From: Antedon mediterranea
Taxonomy: Eukaryota > Animalia > Echinodermata
Direction: 5' to 3'
NCBI RefSeq assembly: GCF_964355755.1
Contig: NC_092671.1
Location: 5,518,001 to 5,582,000, forward strand
Length of the DNA stretch: 64,000 nucleotides
The position numbers and the translations under genes were made by a program. Of this stretch, positions 28,601 to 43,600 are shown piece after piece (position 1 is the stretch's first letter; each line of letters starts with the position of its first letter). Under the pieces are notes generated by a model. It was not told the origin of the DNA. It saw only the letters and a program-made list of their open reading frames with translations, and made no database searches.

Positions 28601-31600
28601 ATTTGCCTATTCACATTTTCAAGTATTTTAACCATTGTTAAACCAGTATACTATCTGCAAACCCCACACCCATTCATCCATCAATATATTTTTATTTGAA
28701 AATGCTAAGAAATATTTCATAACACTTGCCGAATTTTATATATTCCGTAGTAAATTTAAATATAAATTTGTACTTTCATTGAAGATTTGGCAAATTTGTC
28801 AACAGCATACCAATTTTATGTGTTCAGTGAGAAAATTAAATTTAGTCATGTTTTAATTAGTAAAATTAGTTACTTTTCCTGCAGGATATATTTTTAGGCT
28901 ATAAACCTGGGGAAAGTCGTGTAACACCACACACATGGAAGTTTTTACTCCTTTCGGCAATTAATCAAACTCGTGTTAACAACCAATGATGGCTCCATAG
29001 GCTAATTTAAAAACACACAGCCAGACATTTTTGCTGACTTAGATTTCTATTGCAGTATATTATTCATTTTTTACTTTTTGGTATTTGATTTGATATTTTT
29101 GTGATATAAAAATTCAATACAAAATGCAGCAAAAGCTGAAAGCATTGTATGTACATACTAAAAATATAAAACATTAAAACATTATGGACAACACACACAA
29201 GGAAAATCAATACAATAGCTTACAATTAACTTTTTAACTACAATACAGTTTACTTGGAAGTCTATTAGTAGGCATTGCTGGTTTTGTAGCTCTGGGTGTG
29301 CCTCAACACTGCAAAAAATTTGAACCTCTTTAAAATGATATCCTATACACATCTTTAATATTTAATATTGCATGATAATTTACATCAATACATTATATAA
29401 TCAAATATACATTCTATACCACCTTATAAATAATATTGTGTTAATATGAGAATATCAAAAAAGACCAAAGCAGAACAACCTCCTCAAATTAAAGTCAAAT
29501 AAAATGTTCCCTTCACAGAAAATTAAAACTCAATTAAATTTGATTGAAGTTGTCAAAAATAAACTCTACAGTTGACCTGGTTTGAATTTTTTTTAAATTA
29601 GTTTTTTGCATAAATTATGACATGGGAGGATGTTGATCTAGTTAATGATATCTTTAAATTAGGCAACAAAGATTTTGAATATACTTCCTGTCCTGGTATC
29701 AAAATAGAAAGGTGCTATTAGGCATTAACACAGTGTCTCCCTCTAAGTGATTGTACTATATAAAACAGCAAATTGTGGATATTATCTATGAAAAAAGAAT
29801 TAATAAAATGATGCATTTATTTTTTTAATTGAAGTCCTTTGCGTGATTCTTTTATTTATACACTTCTTTTCTGATTTAATTTATTCCCATTTTTGCAGTT
29901 CAACCCAATTTGGATCTGTATCAAATATGCCATAATTAAAAACATTAAATATCTTGCATCTATCCTATTTAATTTACGTTTATAGCACTTGTCCTGATTC
30001 ATTAGTTAAGTGTTTTAACCGATTAAATTTTGACTTAATTTTAGCTGGCTCACAACCTATATCTGTTTTATTCCAGATTGTTGATTGGTCAGTTGATAGA
30101 TCCACCAAAGATGTATGTCGAAGTAAAGGAGAGTCTACCGTAAGTACATTATCAATAAATGTTTCTATTCTGGTGATTATAGTTTGATTCAGAGAATATG
30201 GCAACTTGTCATTAATTATGATGTAGAATGGTGTCCTCGCAGCGGTAGTCATGTGATGCAGTTTCAACCAGTCACATAGGCCAACAATTTGTTGTTGGCA
30301 ATTATACTAAGGGTGAATTTTATGAGGATCATGTATGGTAGAACCCCTATTAAGGGAACACCTTTGGACCAGAGCCATATGGACCTAGGGCCTACATGCA
30401 AGTCAGGATACATCAAAGCATGAACCAATACAAAAAACACACAAATTCACCCCTCTTTTTATACAGTATATGGCTCTCTGTGTGTTTTTGACACAAACTT
30501 TCAGAGACTTGTTCATCATTTCATTTGTAATAATTTGCCTTTATTATTTTAATATTCTTCATACCCTGTTCAATATATTAACAAATATATCCACGACACT
30601 TTATTATTTTATTTAGTCATCAAAGCATGCATTATGAATTGAAAATATTACATAATTGTTATTAATAGGACGTAGTTATGGGATGTTTCGTTCCAGAATC
30701 AATCAATCAAACTTTATATAGCGCACGCGCGCGCAATATTCTTTGCCGCAAGTACTTCTGTACGCTGTGCACATCGATATTTCACCGTAAAATGTGCAAT
30801 TACATTTTTTTAAATATAAGAAAAAGTTTAAAGTATTTTCTTGCTCCTATACTTTACATGCATTAACGGAGACAAGTTTGACACAAATTGATCTGCATAT
30901 CACGTGACTATAATCCAATGTCGTAACTCTTTATATATATGGCTCTGCTTTGGAAAAAATAAAGTGTCCCTTTAATAGGTGTATCCCTGAATAGGGGTTG
31001 GCTGTAGTGTTAAAACATATATTTCTCCTTGTTCATTTCATGGTAAAGTGAAAATAAGGTGGTGGATTCTACTGTATTCTTTTTCATATTAAGATTGCAT
31101 TCAGAAAAAATTTATATATTTTAACGTCTTCATGTTTTATGTCTAATAATATCAGCTTTCATTTTATCACTATATCAAGTAACATATATCTGTATTTACA
31201 CTTTTCTCGCAAAGTTTATAATGTCATCATAACTTGTGAAAGAAAACTATACTTCACGATTATATCTTCTTTCTGGTTCAGGAAAATTGTGGTAATTTTA
31301 TACGAGTTTTATTAATACAAGGAACATCTGTATTCGTTTGCGGAACATATGCATTTGCGCCAAGATGTGCCTGGAGAAATGTGAGTAGTCTCTTAAGACG
31401 ACCTTTTATATCTCTGTTATATGATTCTAATACAATCTATAATATAACTTCGTTCTATATTTTACAGAAGACAATAATTTGTTTAAGGTATCAGTCCAAG
31501 TCTCTTGTCGAAGCAACCTGCTTGCTTTTAGATCATGTCAGATTTGATTGATTGTTCGTGAAAAGTTTTTTGCTTTGAAAGTCTAATATCAATATAGATA

Positions 31601-34600
31601 ATCGTTTCTGGATCCAGTGCTTTAGGCTGTTAATGCTGCATATTTATGCAAAAAATCATGAATAAAATCTGTCTATTTCAGTACGTTAGGATCAGAAGCA
31701 CAAATATAGCCATAGTAAAATCCTTAGTTTTAGACTCTTTAGGCTAGTTTTAAAATTGGTGGCAACAAGGATTTGGGCCAATGAAAAGTTAAGCACATCA
31801 ACTTTCATTTAAGGTCTACCTTACTCTTCAGTTATACAACATACAATATAAGTAAGGCCTGGTTGAAACATCTTTCAGTTCACTAAATAGTAAAAGTATT
31901 TTTTATGTTATTTTGCTGGTGAAACTTATTAAAAGTGTATGTATTTATTGCTGGCCCAGCACAACAATCTCCACATTATTGATCCCAAACATGATCTTCA
32001 ATTATGAATATGTTTTCTTTTAAAATACTTATTGTTAGGCAAACGACATAACAAGAAGTCTAGGCCAGGTGAGTGGTGTTGCAAAATGTCCATACAACCC
32101 GCAACACAATAACACAGCAATTATCTCTAATGATGGGGATCTTTATACTGGAACTGTTTCTGACTTCAAAGCAAGAGATCCGTCTATATTTCGATCAATG
32201 GGACCCAGTCCGAAGCTGAGAGCTGTTGAATACAACTCTAAATGGCTTAGTGGTGAGTTTCAATTTATCTTTTTACAGTAGCTCTGTTATTATTTTACAT
32301 GTAATCTTTGTAAACAATAATTGCATAAGCCATAAGATATTTGGTATGTACATCATTATGAAAATTACAAAAATTAGACAGAAATTCCTAAGTTTTAGCC
32401 TGGGATCTTGTTATACTGACTTTAGAAATACATGTTTGCCATTTTATTTTGTAACTACAGTACTATGCTAATTATAGGCAAACTGGTTGTAATATATGTA
32501 ATGTTATTTGGGATAACTATGTTGATCTCAAAATGTCAACACTTTCCAAGAACAGGTGGGAAACACAATATTTCAATTAAAAAATATCTTGCATATAGCC
32601 ATGTTAGATACATTTAAAGCAGATATAAATGGTGTTTTTAGAAGAAAATAAGTTTTTTCTCCTACCGGTAATCATGCATATGCTACCATACTGCATTTTT
32701 ACCTGGAGATTGCTTTAAATTCTACCAAAAAGGAAATTGGAAGAGGGGAAAATTGGAAAAAAATCAAAATAACCTTTTGAGACCTGTGGCTATTTTAAAC
32801 ATGTGAATTTTAGTATCAAAGAAACATTTTGAAAAAGCTTGAATGTTTTGCAATCATAGCTTTTTAAAAAAAAAATATATATATTCTTAATAATTGATAT
32901 TAATTTTACATTTGAAAGATAGTTTTTAGCAGACATGTCTCCTTGATTTTGAATTAGAATTATACAATAATTTAAAAATAATCCTAAAACTCAACATTCT
33001 AGGCTAAGGTTCATTGCCATAGATATTATCTTATCAAAAGGGAATAAAAAATAACATTCAGGATATTCTATGGCATTTTTCAAATTTTGAATAAATAAGA
33101 AACAGACGTTTCAATCAATATGAGTTATTAGAGAAAAAAAAGTAAAGTTTAATATTTTTAATAACATACTGTAGTGGTGTTTCTACTTGTTGTTGTCTAC
33201 ACTATCAAACTAGTTTGACCAAAAAAAATGTTCCCAAATATGGTAGTGATATGCCCAAATATGGTAGTGATATGACATCATCATCATGTGTTTGATAGTG
33301 TGAAGAGAGCTTTAATCTTGCCTTCACATTTATTGGTTCAAATCTTCTCTCTAGACTGCAAAATATATAAAACTCTTTATAATTTTGATAGCACAATGGA
33401 AAAACTCTGGTATTATTTTACAAGAAGTGGTCATTGTTTGGAAAGTAGCCTGTACTACTGGTGTTTAGTAATATAGTAATACATTGTATTTTCTGTACAC
33501 TACTAATATACACCTTGTTTGTTTTGATAATTTATTGACATAACAGTATACCAGGTGCATTAAATATGACATATCAATATACAGTTTTCAACACCTGTAT
33601 GTCGCCAATTGGATCCAGAATTCAGCAAAGGTTACCTATAGGTCATCACTATGAATACTATTAATTCATTTGCGCATATCAATGAATTTACTATACTTTT
33701 ATTTGATTTCATTGTCTGTATCCATTTTTAAAATCCCTTGGTTGTGATTCTAAACAAGGTTTAGTATTTTATTTTGTATTTTTAGCTGGTAGAATTTGTA
33801 AACACTGTGTATTTAGTATGATTGTACAACACTGTACTTTGGTTATTTACAAAAAAGTAACCTAAGCTACTTTATTAGATCATAATTTCTGTAGAAGAGT
33901 TGTCAGTTTTCTCGCCTTCTTTCGATATATCTCCCCGGCGGGTATCATTAATTCCTGGGGTCTCATAAAAATTGCACTCTGTCAAGAGTGCTGTCATGGT
34001 GATCTGAAAGGAAATATTTAAAGAAGATGATTAAAGAGTGAAATTTATTTTTTTTACCAGGGGCGATTAGTTTTCTGCTACTTTATGTGGGAGAATGAGG
34101 AATTTTATATGGAGAATGTCATAGATTGATGGGCTATTTATTGAATGGAAAATAGTGCTCATAACAATTCTTCATTTTAAAGATCTCGTAAGAGAGACAA
34201 TTTATCATTGCGATGCACCGTCGATGTCATTTTCATATTGACCATGTTTTTATTATCTATTGTATCTTCATTTTCAGTTTCAAAATTCATCATTTTTTCT
34301 GTCATCTACAAAGCGATTTTAACAAAAATGAGAAATTTTGTTGATCCTTATAGAACAGTCAACTTTTGCTTGAGGCTACAAAAGTTCGATGAATTGGGTT
34401 TATACTCCAACCTTGACTCAAAAATATGAATACTGCTTTCATGCATATAACGAATAAAAGACTAATTTCTATGATTTTAAATTTCTATTATACACAGAAT
34501 GTGTGACATTAAAAAACTCTTGTCAAAGATCCTTCTTCTTTTAAATTTTATAATTCCGCTGCCCTCAGGCAATTTTTTTTCTCTTTTATATCAAACTTTC

Positions 34601-37600
34601 TCGTAATGGATTTACAAAAAAATGATTTAAAGTTCACATATGACAGAGACGTTGTCATACCAAGTTTACCATGCATTAAAAAGTATACAGCATGTCTCTG
34701 ACTTCATACACTTGTTAAAGTATAATAAAGAAAGAGAGAAACCAGTAGAGAACCAACCGCAGTTGAGATGGAAGAAGCTATCATAGTAACGTGACAAACA
34801 ATGTTTTTAAAAAAACTGTTTAACATCTACTAATCTCAATTACTTTATAATTTGTACTGTAAATATACTTCATATATATAAAATGTCATAATATCCTCTT
34901 TCTGTGCTTTTTACAAACAATTGTACCAATATTTAATATGGTTTGATAATGTGGTATGCTGTAATGGTAAGAAATTAGACTAGCATATGAGAGGCATTGG
35001 AGTCAAGACTTGTCGGCTATATCGCTTGTATCCTTAAAGTACTTGGTATACTATTAGAAAAAAGTAGGGGATAATCTCTGGTGTGATGGTAGACACTAAA
35101 CTGTGGGTTGCCTCCATATTCCATCAGTTTCCTGAGGACGAAATAATACATTTTGTGCCACAAACAATCAAATATTGTATTGAATTGTACATGCTGGTTT
35201 GGTGACCCATCCAGACAGCGATGTTACTGCTACACTATGAACTTTCTTATAATATATTAAGTATGTTACTGTAACCATTAAAATATTTGTTTTGTACCAG
35301 TTGATTACCCGCCATTTCTTTTCTTTATTTCAGAGCCGAATTTTGTATCTTCTTACGAAATAGGACCGTTTATATATTTCTTCTTCAGAGAATCTGCCAT
35401 AGAAGACAGCAGTTGTGGAAAGGTCAGTTCAACTCATTAATGTCAAATATTATTAGTCATAATATTTATGATAAGCGGCCACTATACAATATCTCATAGG
35501 ACATCGTCTCATTCTCTTCTGGTCATTTGAAACAATAACAAAGATATTAATTTAGTAACTCTTTCGCACTCTAGAGAGAGCGATGATTCTATATTAACAT
35601 TTTCACATGCTACAAACAATGGTCGATAGTACTGGCAGACCAATTTTGGTTCATATCATATCGTAATAACCCAAATTCCATGACCAACCCTACTACTTAT
35701 TTACTTAACGCCGTTTTGCCAAATAGTCTTCTGTTCTGCTTATTTTTGCTGTAAAGTTTCTCCAGAATGTCTGTTTAGTGCTATGTTTTTTTATTTTCTG
35801 TAGGGTCCGTTGCAGTTTTGAATTTTGTTGGTAGTGTGGTATTTGGATCTGGATATTAGTTCTGTTCTAGTATCTAAACTGACCCTACTAGAAATTTGTT
35901 AATTCTATGTTTAAGATAAATAATCTTAGCACAATAATAACAAAATTTCAATTAACCTAATTTATTTAATGTTAGATGTTCTTACAATATATTATTAATG
36001 TTATATAGTGTTATAAAACTTATACATATTTGGACGCCTACTTAATCTCCCTATGAGAGATTTTTACCTACCGATATTTACTATTTAAATACACAATCTA
36101 TTGCTGTTTTTTAATGTTTAACATTGAAATATATCAACAAATTAATAATGTTCTCTTAATAAACAAATGCATTGGCCGACAGGTAATTTGATATAAATGC
36201 TGAGAGACCGCTTGTTAGAAGGTGATGGATGAGCTAGAAAACAGTTGGTGTAGTTGTAAATAAAGCGTTTGAACAAGCTTGCCGCCGCCATCCACACTCA
36301 ACTTACTTGATTTGTTGCAAATTTAATGACATACTTAAATATATGTTTGTGGGGTGCCAATTTATACCATGACCCAAAAACACATGGTAGTATGAGAGTT
36401 TCATAAACCAACGTATGATGTTTTGTATAATTGATAATTAATAAATTAATTGTAGCCTAGGGATAAGTGACCTATTTTTAACATACAGCCTTCATGTTGC
36501 CATTAACCATTTCATAAGAATACATTTCTGGGTACTGTAATGAGTCTGTGTGATGTCATCATTATTTGTGTTGGCATTCTAATTACTTTAGGGGGGAAAT
36601 TAAAGGTAACTTTCAAGTTATAGATTCATGGCACTTTGTTAAGTTTTAAAGTGCAGGATAGGTTAGAAACAGTCATAGTTTATTAAAGATGTATTGTTCT
36701 CCCAAAAACATGAAAAATTAAGATTAATAAAATAAAATCGTACTTTTAATAGACCATTTTACAGTTTTAATGAAGTTATTCACTTTTGTAGAAAAAAATC
36801 ATTTCACTTATAAAAAGACAAAATAAACGGTTAATTTTAACCAAAAACTCATTGTCTGACAGACAATTTAAGTATTTTTTGCTTTAAAATTAAATTACAT
36901 TTTTTTGTAAATAGTTTTTTTTTTTCGATCCAGATTTTGGTCAAAGTGAATAACTATGTGACATTCAAATGACATATTCAACAAAAAATGTAAAAAAAAA
37001 AAAAATTAAAAAATATTTTTCATGTTAAATTATAAATTCCATTACCCTTTATCTGACATTTATGTGGGTCATAGATGTACATAATGGTTCATATCGTATA
37101 TTTTGTAATTATTTACGATTATCAACAATTATGGGTTTTTTGGGCATTATTATTGTGTTGGAACATAGACAGGAAGTAATTTTTCAACTTTTATACTGTA
37201 TAAAACCATACTGCAGTATATAACTACTTTTATAAATCGTAAATTATAAAAGTCATGATTTATTAATACATCATTTTTTCTTGTTACAGTCAGTTTACTC
37301 AAGAGTTGCCAGAATATGCAAGGTAATGTTTCAATATTTCATCATGTCATGATTATCTTTTAATGAATGTTATAAGATGTTGTAAGATGATACATAAGGG
37401 AGTAGATAGATGTGAACAATTACTGTGAATATGCAAGCAGACGACGGAAAGGTAGCAGACAACGAGAATCTATGATGATAATATATCAGTCTGGTTTTAA
37501 AAGATCAATCTTTAAATTGATAGATAGAAAATAGCTGTTATGTTACTTCCTAATGATTGCTTCTGTATCCAATGAAATTTATTTTTGGTCACAACAAATT

Positions 37601-40600
37601 TAATGGTGCTTTTTAATGTAATTTTTGATTATTTAATTAATTATTATATTATAAATGTTATATAATTTTAGAATGATGTTGGAGGCGAGTATATTCTGGA
37701 TGATTTATGGACAACATTTACGAAAGCCAGAATCAATTGTTCCTTACCAGATTCATTTCCATTTTACTTCAATGATCTCCGTAAGTATTCAATCAGACGC
37801 CCTCCTTTGGGATACCCCTATTAAGGAGACATTTTGTGTCCGGAAAATGTCTTCTTTAATAGTATTAGGTTAGTTTGGTGTGTACATTAGGTCTTTCTTT
37901 ACAAATGATTGAAATAATGTTTCATTCATTCATTGTTAAACTGACAACATGGCCTTAAAACTACATTGATGTCTGTATGCAATTTATTAAGCTCTGTCTA
38001 CACTATCAAACCAAATATGGTAGTGATATGTCCAAATATGGTAGTGATTTAACATCATGTGGGCACATCACATTTTTTGGTCACATAAAGTTTGATAGTG
38101 TAGACAGAGCTTTAGGTATTAGTAATTAACATAGGTTTCACTAGAAATGTTTTTAATTTGAAGACTTGTTTTCCTCAAAACAGTTTTTCCATATTTTTTT
38201 TTCTAGTTGTATAAATAGAATTGCTGTTTAACTAGTCCTATCCATCAGTATACACCCATTAATACATTCACATCTTGTGATGAAATATATTACTACTAAT
38301 CAAAATAGATTATCAGAATACACAAACTTTGTCTGTGTCAATAGTAATCAAAAGTATCAAGCGTTTCTTATGTCTTCTCCGAGGTTGCTACGTTTTCAAT
38401 TATTTTTTTCACAAAACTAATAAATGCATTTTGTCTTTAATGTATTCTATCATTATTGATGGATGCATAAGTTTGTTGACAAGTTGACTTGTGTTTCTAC
38501 AATCAAGTAAATTAAGTAAACTTTTTTCTATACTTTTTTCAAAACTTTTACAATTTCTAGAGGGCGGCAGACATTTTTCTTTGTATTAAATTTGAAACTA
38601 ATGCATGTATGGACATTTTAATATCAAGGATGTATAAATGTAGTAATTTCATACTCCACATTCACACAAAGTTTAACAATAGTTTTTTACACTCTTCAAT
38701 CAATAATTTAATCCAAGATTTTACTTGTATTTCATGCTTCAACATTTCTTAAATTCTCAGACTTTATTAATGTAATTCAGAGCTCCGTATTAAATCCATT
38801 TCATGTTCTATGAACATTAATGATTAATTCAGTATAGAATCGGGATTATTGCTCTTTCAAAATTCCACGACTTCAATCGCATAATTCATGAACAACATTA
38901 GAACTTAATCTAACCTCTAAGAATTATTTTCTCAATATTACAGCATAAATTCTCAGATTAGCTAAACTATAATAACATTATAAGCGTTTTAAGAACTTAA
39001 ACTTATCAAACTTTGTATTATCTTTTTCTGTGTTCAAGTAGATTTACCAAAGTTTAAAGTGACCATAATCGAAACCACTACATTTTAAGTTTTTTGTCTC
39101 AGGCCACTCACTCCTACCACCAATACCAACTGTTTATTTGACCCAATTTCATTGTGAGGTTAAGCTAATTTCGGCACCAATAACGTCTACCAACTTTACT
39201 GTGTTCAGTGTTAATTTCTTCACCAAGTGTGATCGATGATGCGCGCATTACTCTTTTATAGCATCAGCTTTTCAATGAACATTTTCACAATTACCTGACA
39301 CACATGACGTGAAAAAAAAAGAATATATAAATTCTGAATGAACAAATGAATGAATAAATAATCCACTTCTGCGATTATGTTCTGAACATTCTAAAAATTC
39401 TCAGACTTTCCTAAACATTATTTATACATGAAAAGGTGAACTTGTGAACCTTATAAGTATTACTATCATTTCATATATCTCACCTTGAAGGGTATTTTTA
39501 GGATTTTTATTTAGTGGGATTCAAGTTTCTGACCTTAAATAAGATTTCATTTTGCCGAAATAAATAAGTATTTAATACAGGTGTTTTTTGCATTCACTAT
39601 GATTTAAATTTTTACGGATTATAATCAAATATATTGATTATAGGAATGATTTTTATATGCCTGTTTTCAGTATAAGCTTAGTCTGAAGTTTATCTCAAAT
39701 TGATTGACTCAATTTACATAATCTTGTAGAAACGATTTGGTTTGTTTGAATAATGACATGAAAACCTAATCAATTGTAAGAGTCTTTATATTTTAAACAA
39801 TTCAACTATACCATACATATCTAGAATTTTGTAATGTTTTAGGTTAACCTGTAATTGGTGTGTTTTTATATTTGCTTTTTGATGTATTGATTTTTATTGT
39901 AATCCACCCTTTTCAGTGTTTGCTGCTGATGTTGAAGATGTTTTAAACCATAATAAGTAAATAAATAAAAATTTCATTGAGCACTATTTTCACAATTTCA
40001 GTAAAATGTAAGACACTTTAATGGAAATCAATGATCCATCAAAATTTAAGATATATTTCTACAAGTTCTGTATTTAATCTGAATCGTGGACTAATTAGCA
40101 AATAAACTGAACTATGACATCTCATGTCTCATGTCCACTTTTAGGGAAAATTCTATTATTTAGAAGTTTGGTCCCTAATTAGAATGACTTTAACCAAAGA
40201 CGATTTAACCAGGACAATGTGTTTGAGGTATTTTATTTATGGAGTTATTACTTAAAATATTTATTCTATTAATAATTAGTTATACTAGACTTCACGGATA
40301 TACTTTAGACCACTGTCTACAATCCCACCTTTTAAACATAAGAAACAAGAATATCATACAATGAAATCATTTGCTATTTTTAGACAGTTCTTGCTTTTGA
40401 TTAATGAATGATTGCAGACCTTCTACTTCCATTCTCTCAAGAGTCAATATTAATGTCATCATTGACTACACAAAACATGAGCCGACGTTCGTGAACTTCA
40501 CAACCTATTATCCATCAATGTCATGCAGTTGTATTATAAACCAAATATGCAAGAAAATATTTGCGTTTTTACCCAGATGACCAGCATTATGTTGAAGGCT

Positions 40601-43600
40601 GTTAAGCGATCTTAAGCGAGCCTAAGCTTAGATCTTACTACCAATCACCCCAGGATAAAAACCTTTCCTACAAAGATTAGTAAAGAATAATATGATACAA
40701 AACAGCCTCTTTTATAAATCATGTTAAAACATTTAGTAGAAGTCAAAGAAAGTTGTTCTTTTAATTTTGTATTATCAACTTATATATAAGCTTATTTTTT
40801 TATGAATTATTATTGTTTCACTATTTCTTAGCTGTATTTAATTGAAATTATTGTTTTTGTCTCAACAGAAAGTACTCATTATATTCCAGAGAAAGGGGTG
40901 ATATACGGTGTATTTACAACGAACAGGTACATTATAATTACTCTATAATTACAATAACAGAAATTGTATTGTTTGATATTAAACATAAAGAAACCAGAGG
41001 AGCCACTAAAGTTTGACCTAATCCAAATTTCCTCAGTTTCCAGTTAAGCTTGAGGACCAAAAATAAATACATTTACTTGCCTTCTTTATATTTCATGCCT
41101 TCCTATATCCATTCCTACATACAAAAATTATAGCATATTGTATTTAAATTATTTTTTTATAGATATAGTATTTCAGGCTCTGCCATATGTAGGTACCATT
41201 TATCTGATCTTGAAGATGCATTTTCCAGTGATTATCGTTACCAGCACAAATCTCGTTCATCATGGATAATAAAGAAAAACTCAAAGCCCAACTTTGTTGT
41301 AAGTAAATCAAAAGTTTATTTTACTAATGAAAAAAAAAATAAAAAAATCTGGTATTAAGATTTGCCTTTTTTGCATATAAAAAGAGAAATATTTTTTTTT
41401 GCTGTTACTACTACTCAAATTTAAATGAATGTATTACTATCTATTATTGTACTTGGGCCAGTAGCCTACATTTTATTGAATAAATTAATGAATGTAAGTA
41501 GTATATAGTAATGGTATATGTCTGATAATAATAAATTAATATTGTTACAAGTATTTGCTCATTTGTACCTGGGCCAGTAGCCTACATTTTATTGAATAAA
41601 TTAATGAATGTAAGTAGTATATAGTAATGGTATATGTCTGATAATAATAAATTAATATTGTTATAAGTATTTGCTCAAATCACTAAATCAAGTCAGTTTT
41701 TCCCATTTAGTGGCATATTTTTATCCCTTCGTCCAAATTCTTGTTTTTAGTTGCGGTAATCCTTTATAAATGTAGTCGCTATTTGTCACAGATTATCTTG
41801 CAAATCCATTTTTATGAGTATTTAAGTATATTTTGATGTAATATTGGAGAAAATCCTGCAATTTAAGATCTATCGCTGAGTCGTAAATCTAGTTTTATAT
41901 AAGTATAATCAAATATTAATATCTGGAACCTTGCAAAAATATGAATGAATGAAATTAAATACATACTCAATATTTCAACTAAATGCTAGAGATTCTTTAT
42001 TTAAATTGTATGAAATACTGCGATTTTTTCTGTCACGCTTTTTACACATTTAGTAATAACTGGCGGAATTGAAAGTGATAGATCTTGTGTCTGATAAAAA
42101 CAGTTTCTTTAAAGCATGACACGTACGGTTTCAATATATAATTCTTTTATGATATCTTTGCACATTGACTGAATAATAATTCATTAAGATTTTGGTCTAT
42201 CTCAGATGATTATGTTCTAATGTATCTGTCTCGGCATTAAATGAATGACTACGAAGTCATCGTGCTTGATCCTACAGGAATGATGAATGCTCTCTACGGA
42301 ATCAAACAGCCATTATACATTTTTAGTGCTTTCCAAATATAGCAAGTAATCTCCATTAGTCTTTGATGAAAACTGTTTTATTTATTATAGTTTTCTGCTC
42401 TTACTTTTCATGAATGTGAATTGTTTAAAATGAGCTTTAAATATATTTTAGCAGTCTATCAAGGGCAGGGGTTGAACTATGTGGTAGCACTAGTGTCGCA
42501 TGCTCCCCCTTTTGACAGCTGAAATAAAATTATATACTTTTTTACATCTATTTTTTTTAAAACACAGGCATTAATTTCATGCACCTCCTTCTTTTTATTT
42601 CATACGCATCCAACAGCGAGCACAAACTTGCCAATTACAGGATAGATAAAGTATTTTGTAATTTATTGTGCTTATAAACTAAGTCTCATTTGAGGCTTAG
42701 GGAGTGGAGTTGAAAGAGTCGCGAGTTACAACCCTGGCGCTAGGTCAGGATTGAAACCTGGACTTTAGGATTGGAAGGCAAGCCACAAAGCTACAGCTCA
42801 ACTACTAATTTAGAATATTACATTGTCATTTTCCTTCCACCTATATATTGCTTATTTTATAAAGTTTAAATGGTAAATTTTATTTCAGTGTCAACAAAGA
42901 GGAAAACGTGGAGATTCAACCATTTCGGAATTGACCATCAGAAAGCTGTCGGAAGCAAGTAAATACCAGTTAATGGAGAAGGCAGTCCAGCCAACAGAGA
43001 AACGACCACTGTTTATTGAGAAGGATACAACAGACAGGTTGGTTCTGTCAGCATAAATGTATTCATACTTTTAAATACTCTGAAATTGAACTCTAGTTAT
43101 GATAACTGTCTGTGTGACGGTGGCTGTGTGTATACTAGTATACTGGGGTATTCTGGGGTATACTCGTCTCGAAAGATGTACTAGGTTCTAAGTGTACATA
43201 AGCCAGATGTGTACACCGGACTACGGTATATAGTCCTTAACCGAGAAGAATTGTTCTACCACCAGAACCATGTGAGTGAGAACCATGCCAATATTATGGC
43301 TTGGTATTACGGTTCACTCAAGACCCAGCCCATCTGGGTTAATAGCTTGGTGAATTTTGCTTGCCTATCAATCAGTCTTGGGTGCAAATCTTGTCTGATG
43401 CCAAGATGCATAGCATAATGTATGTTGTCCATTTAAATCTGATATGCTTTTTTTGTAAAGGATAACACATTATTTCCCAGACAAATTTGAAACTTAAAGG
43501 ACATAAAAAAAACTATTTAAAATTAAAATCATAATTATGAATTTTTTTTTTTCTTGTAGGCTTACGCAGATTGCAGTGGATGTAGTTAAAACCAAAAACT

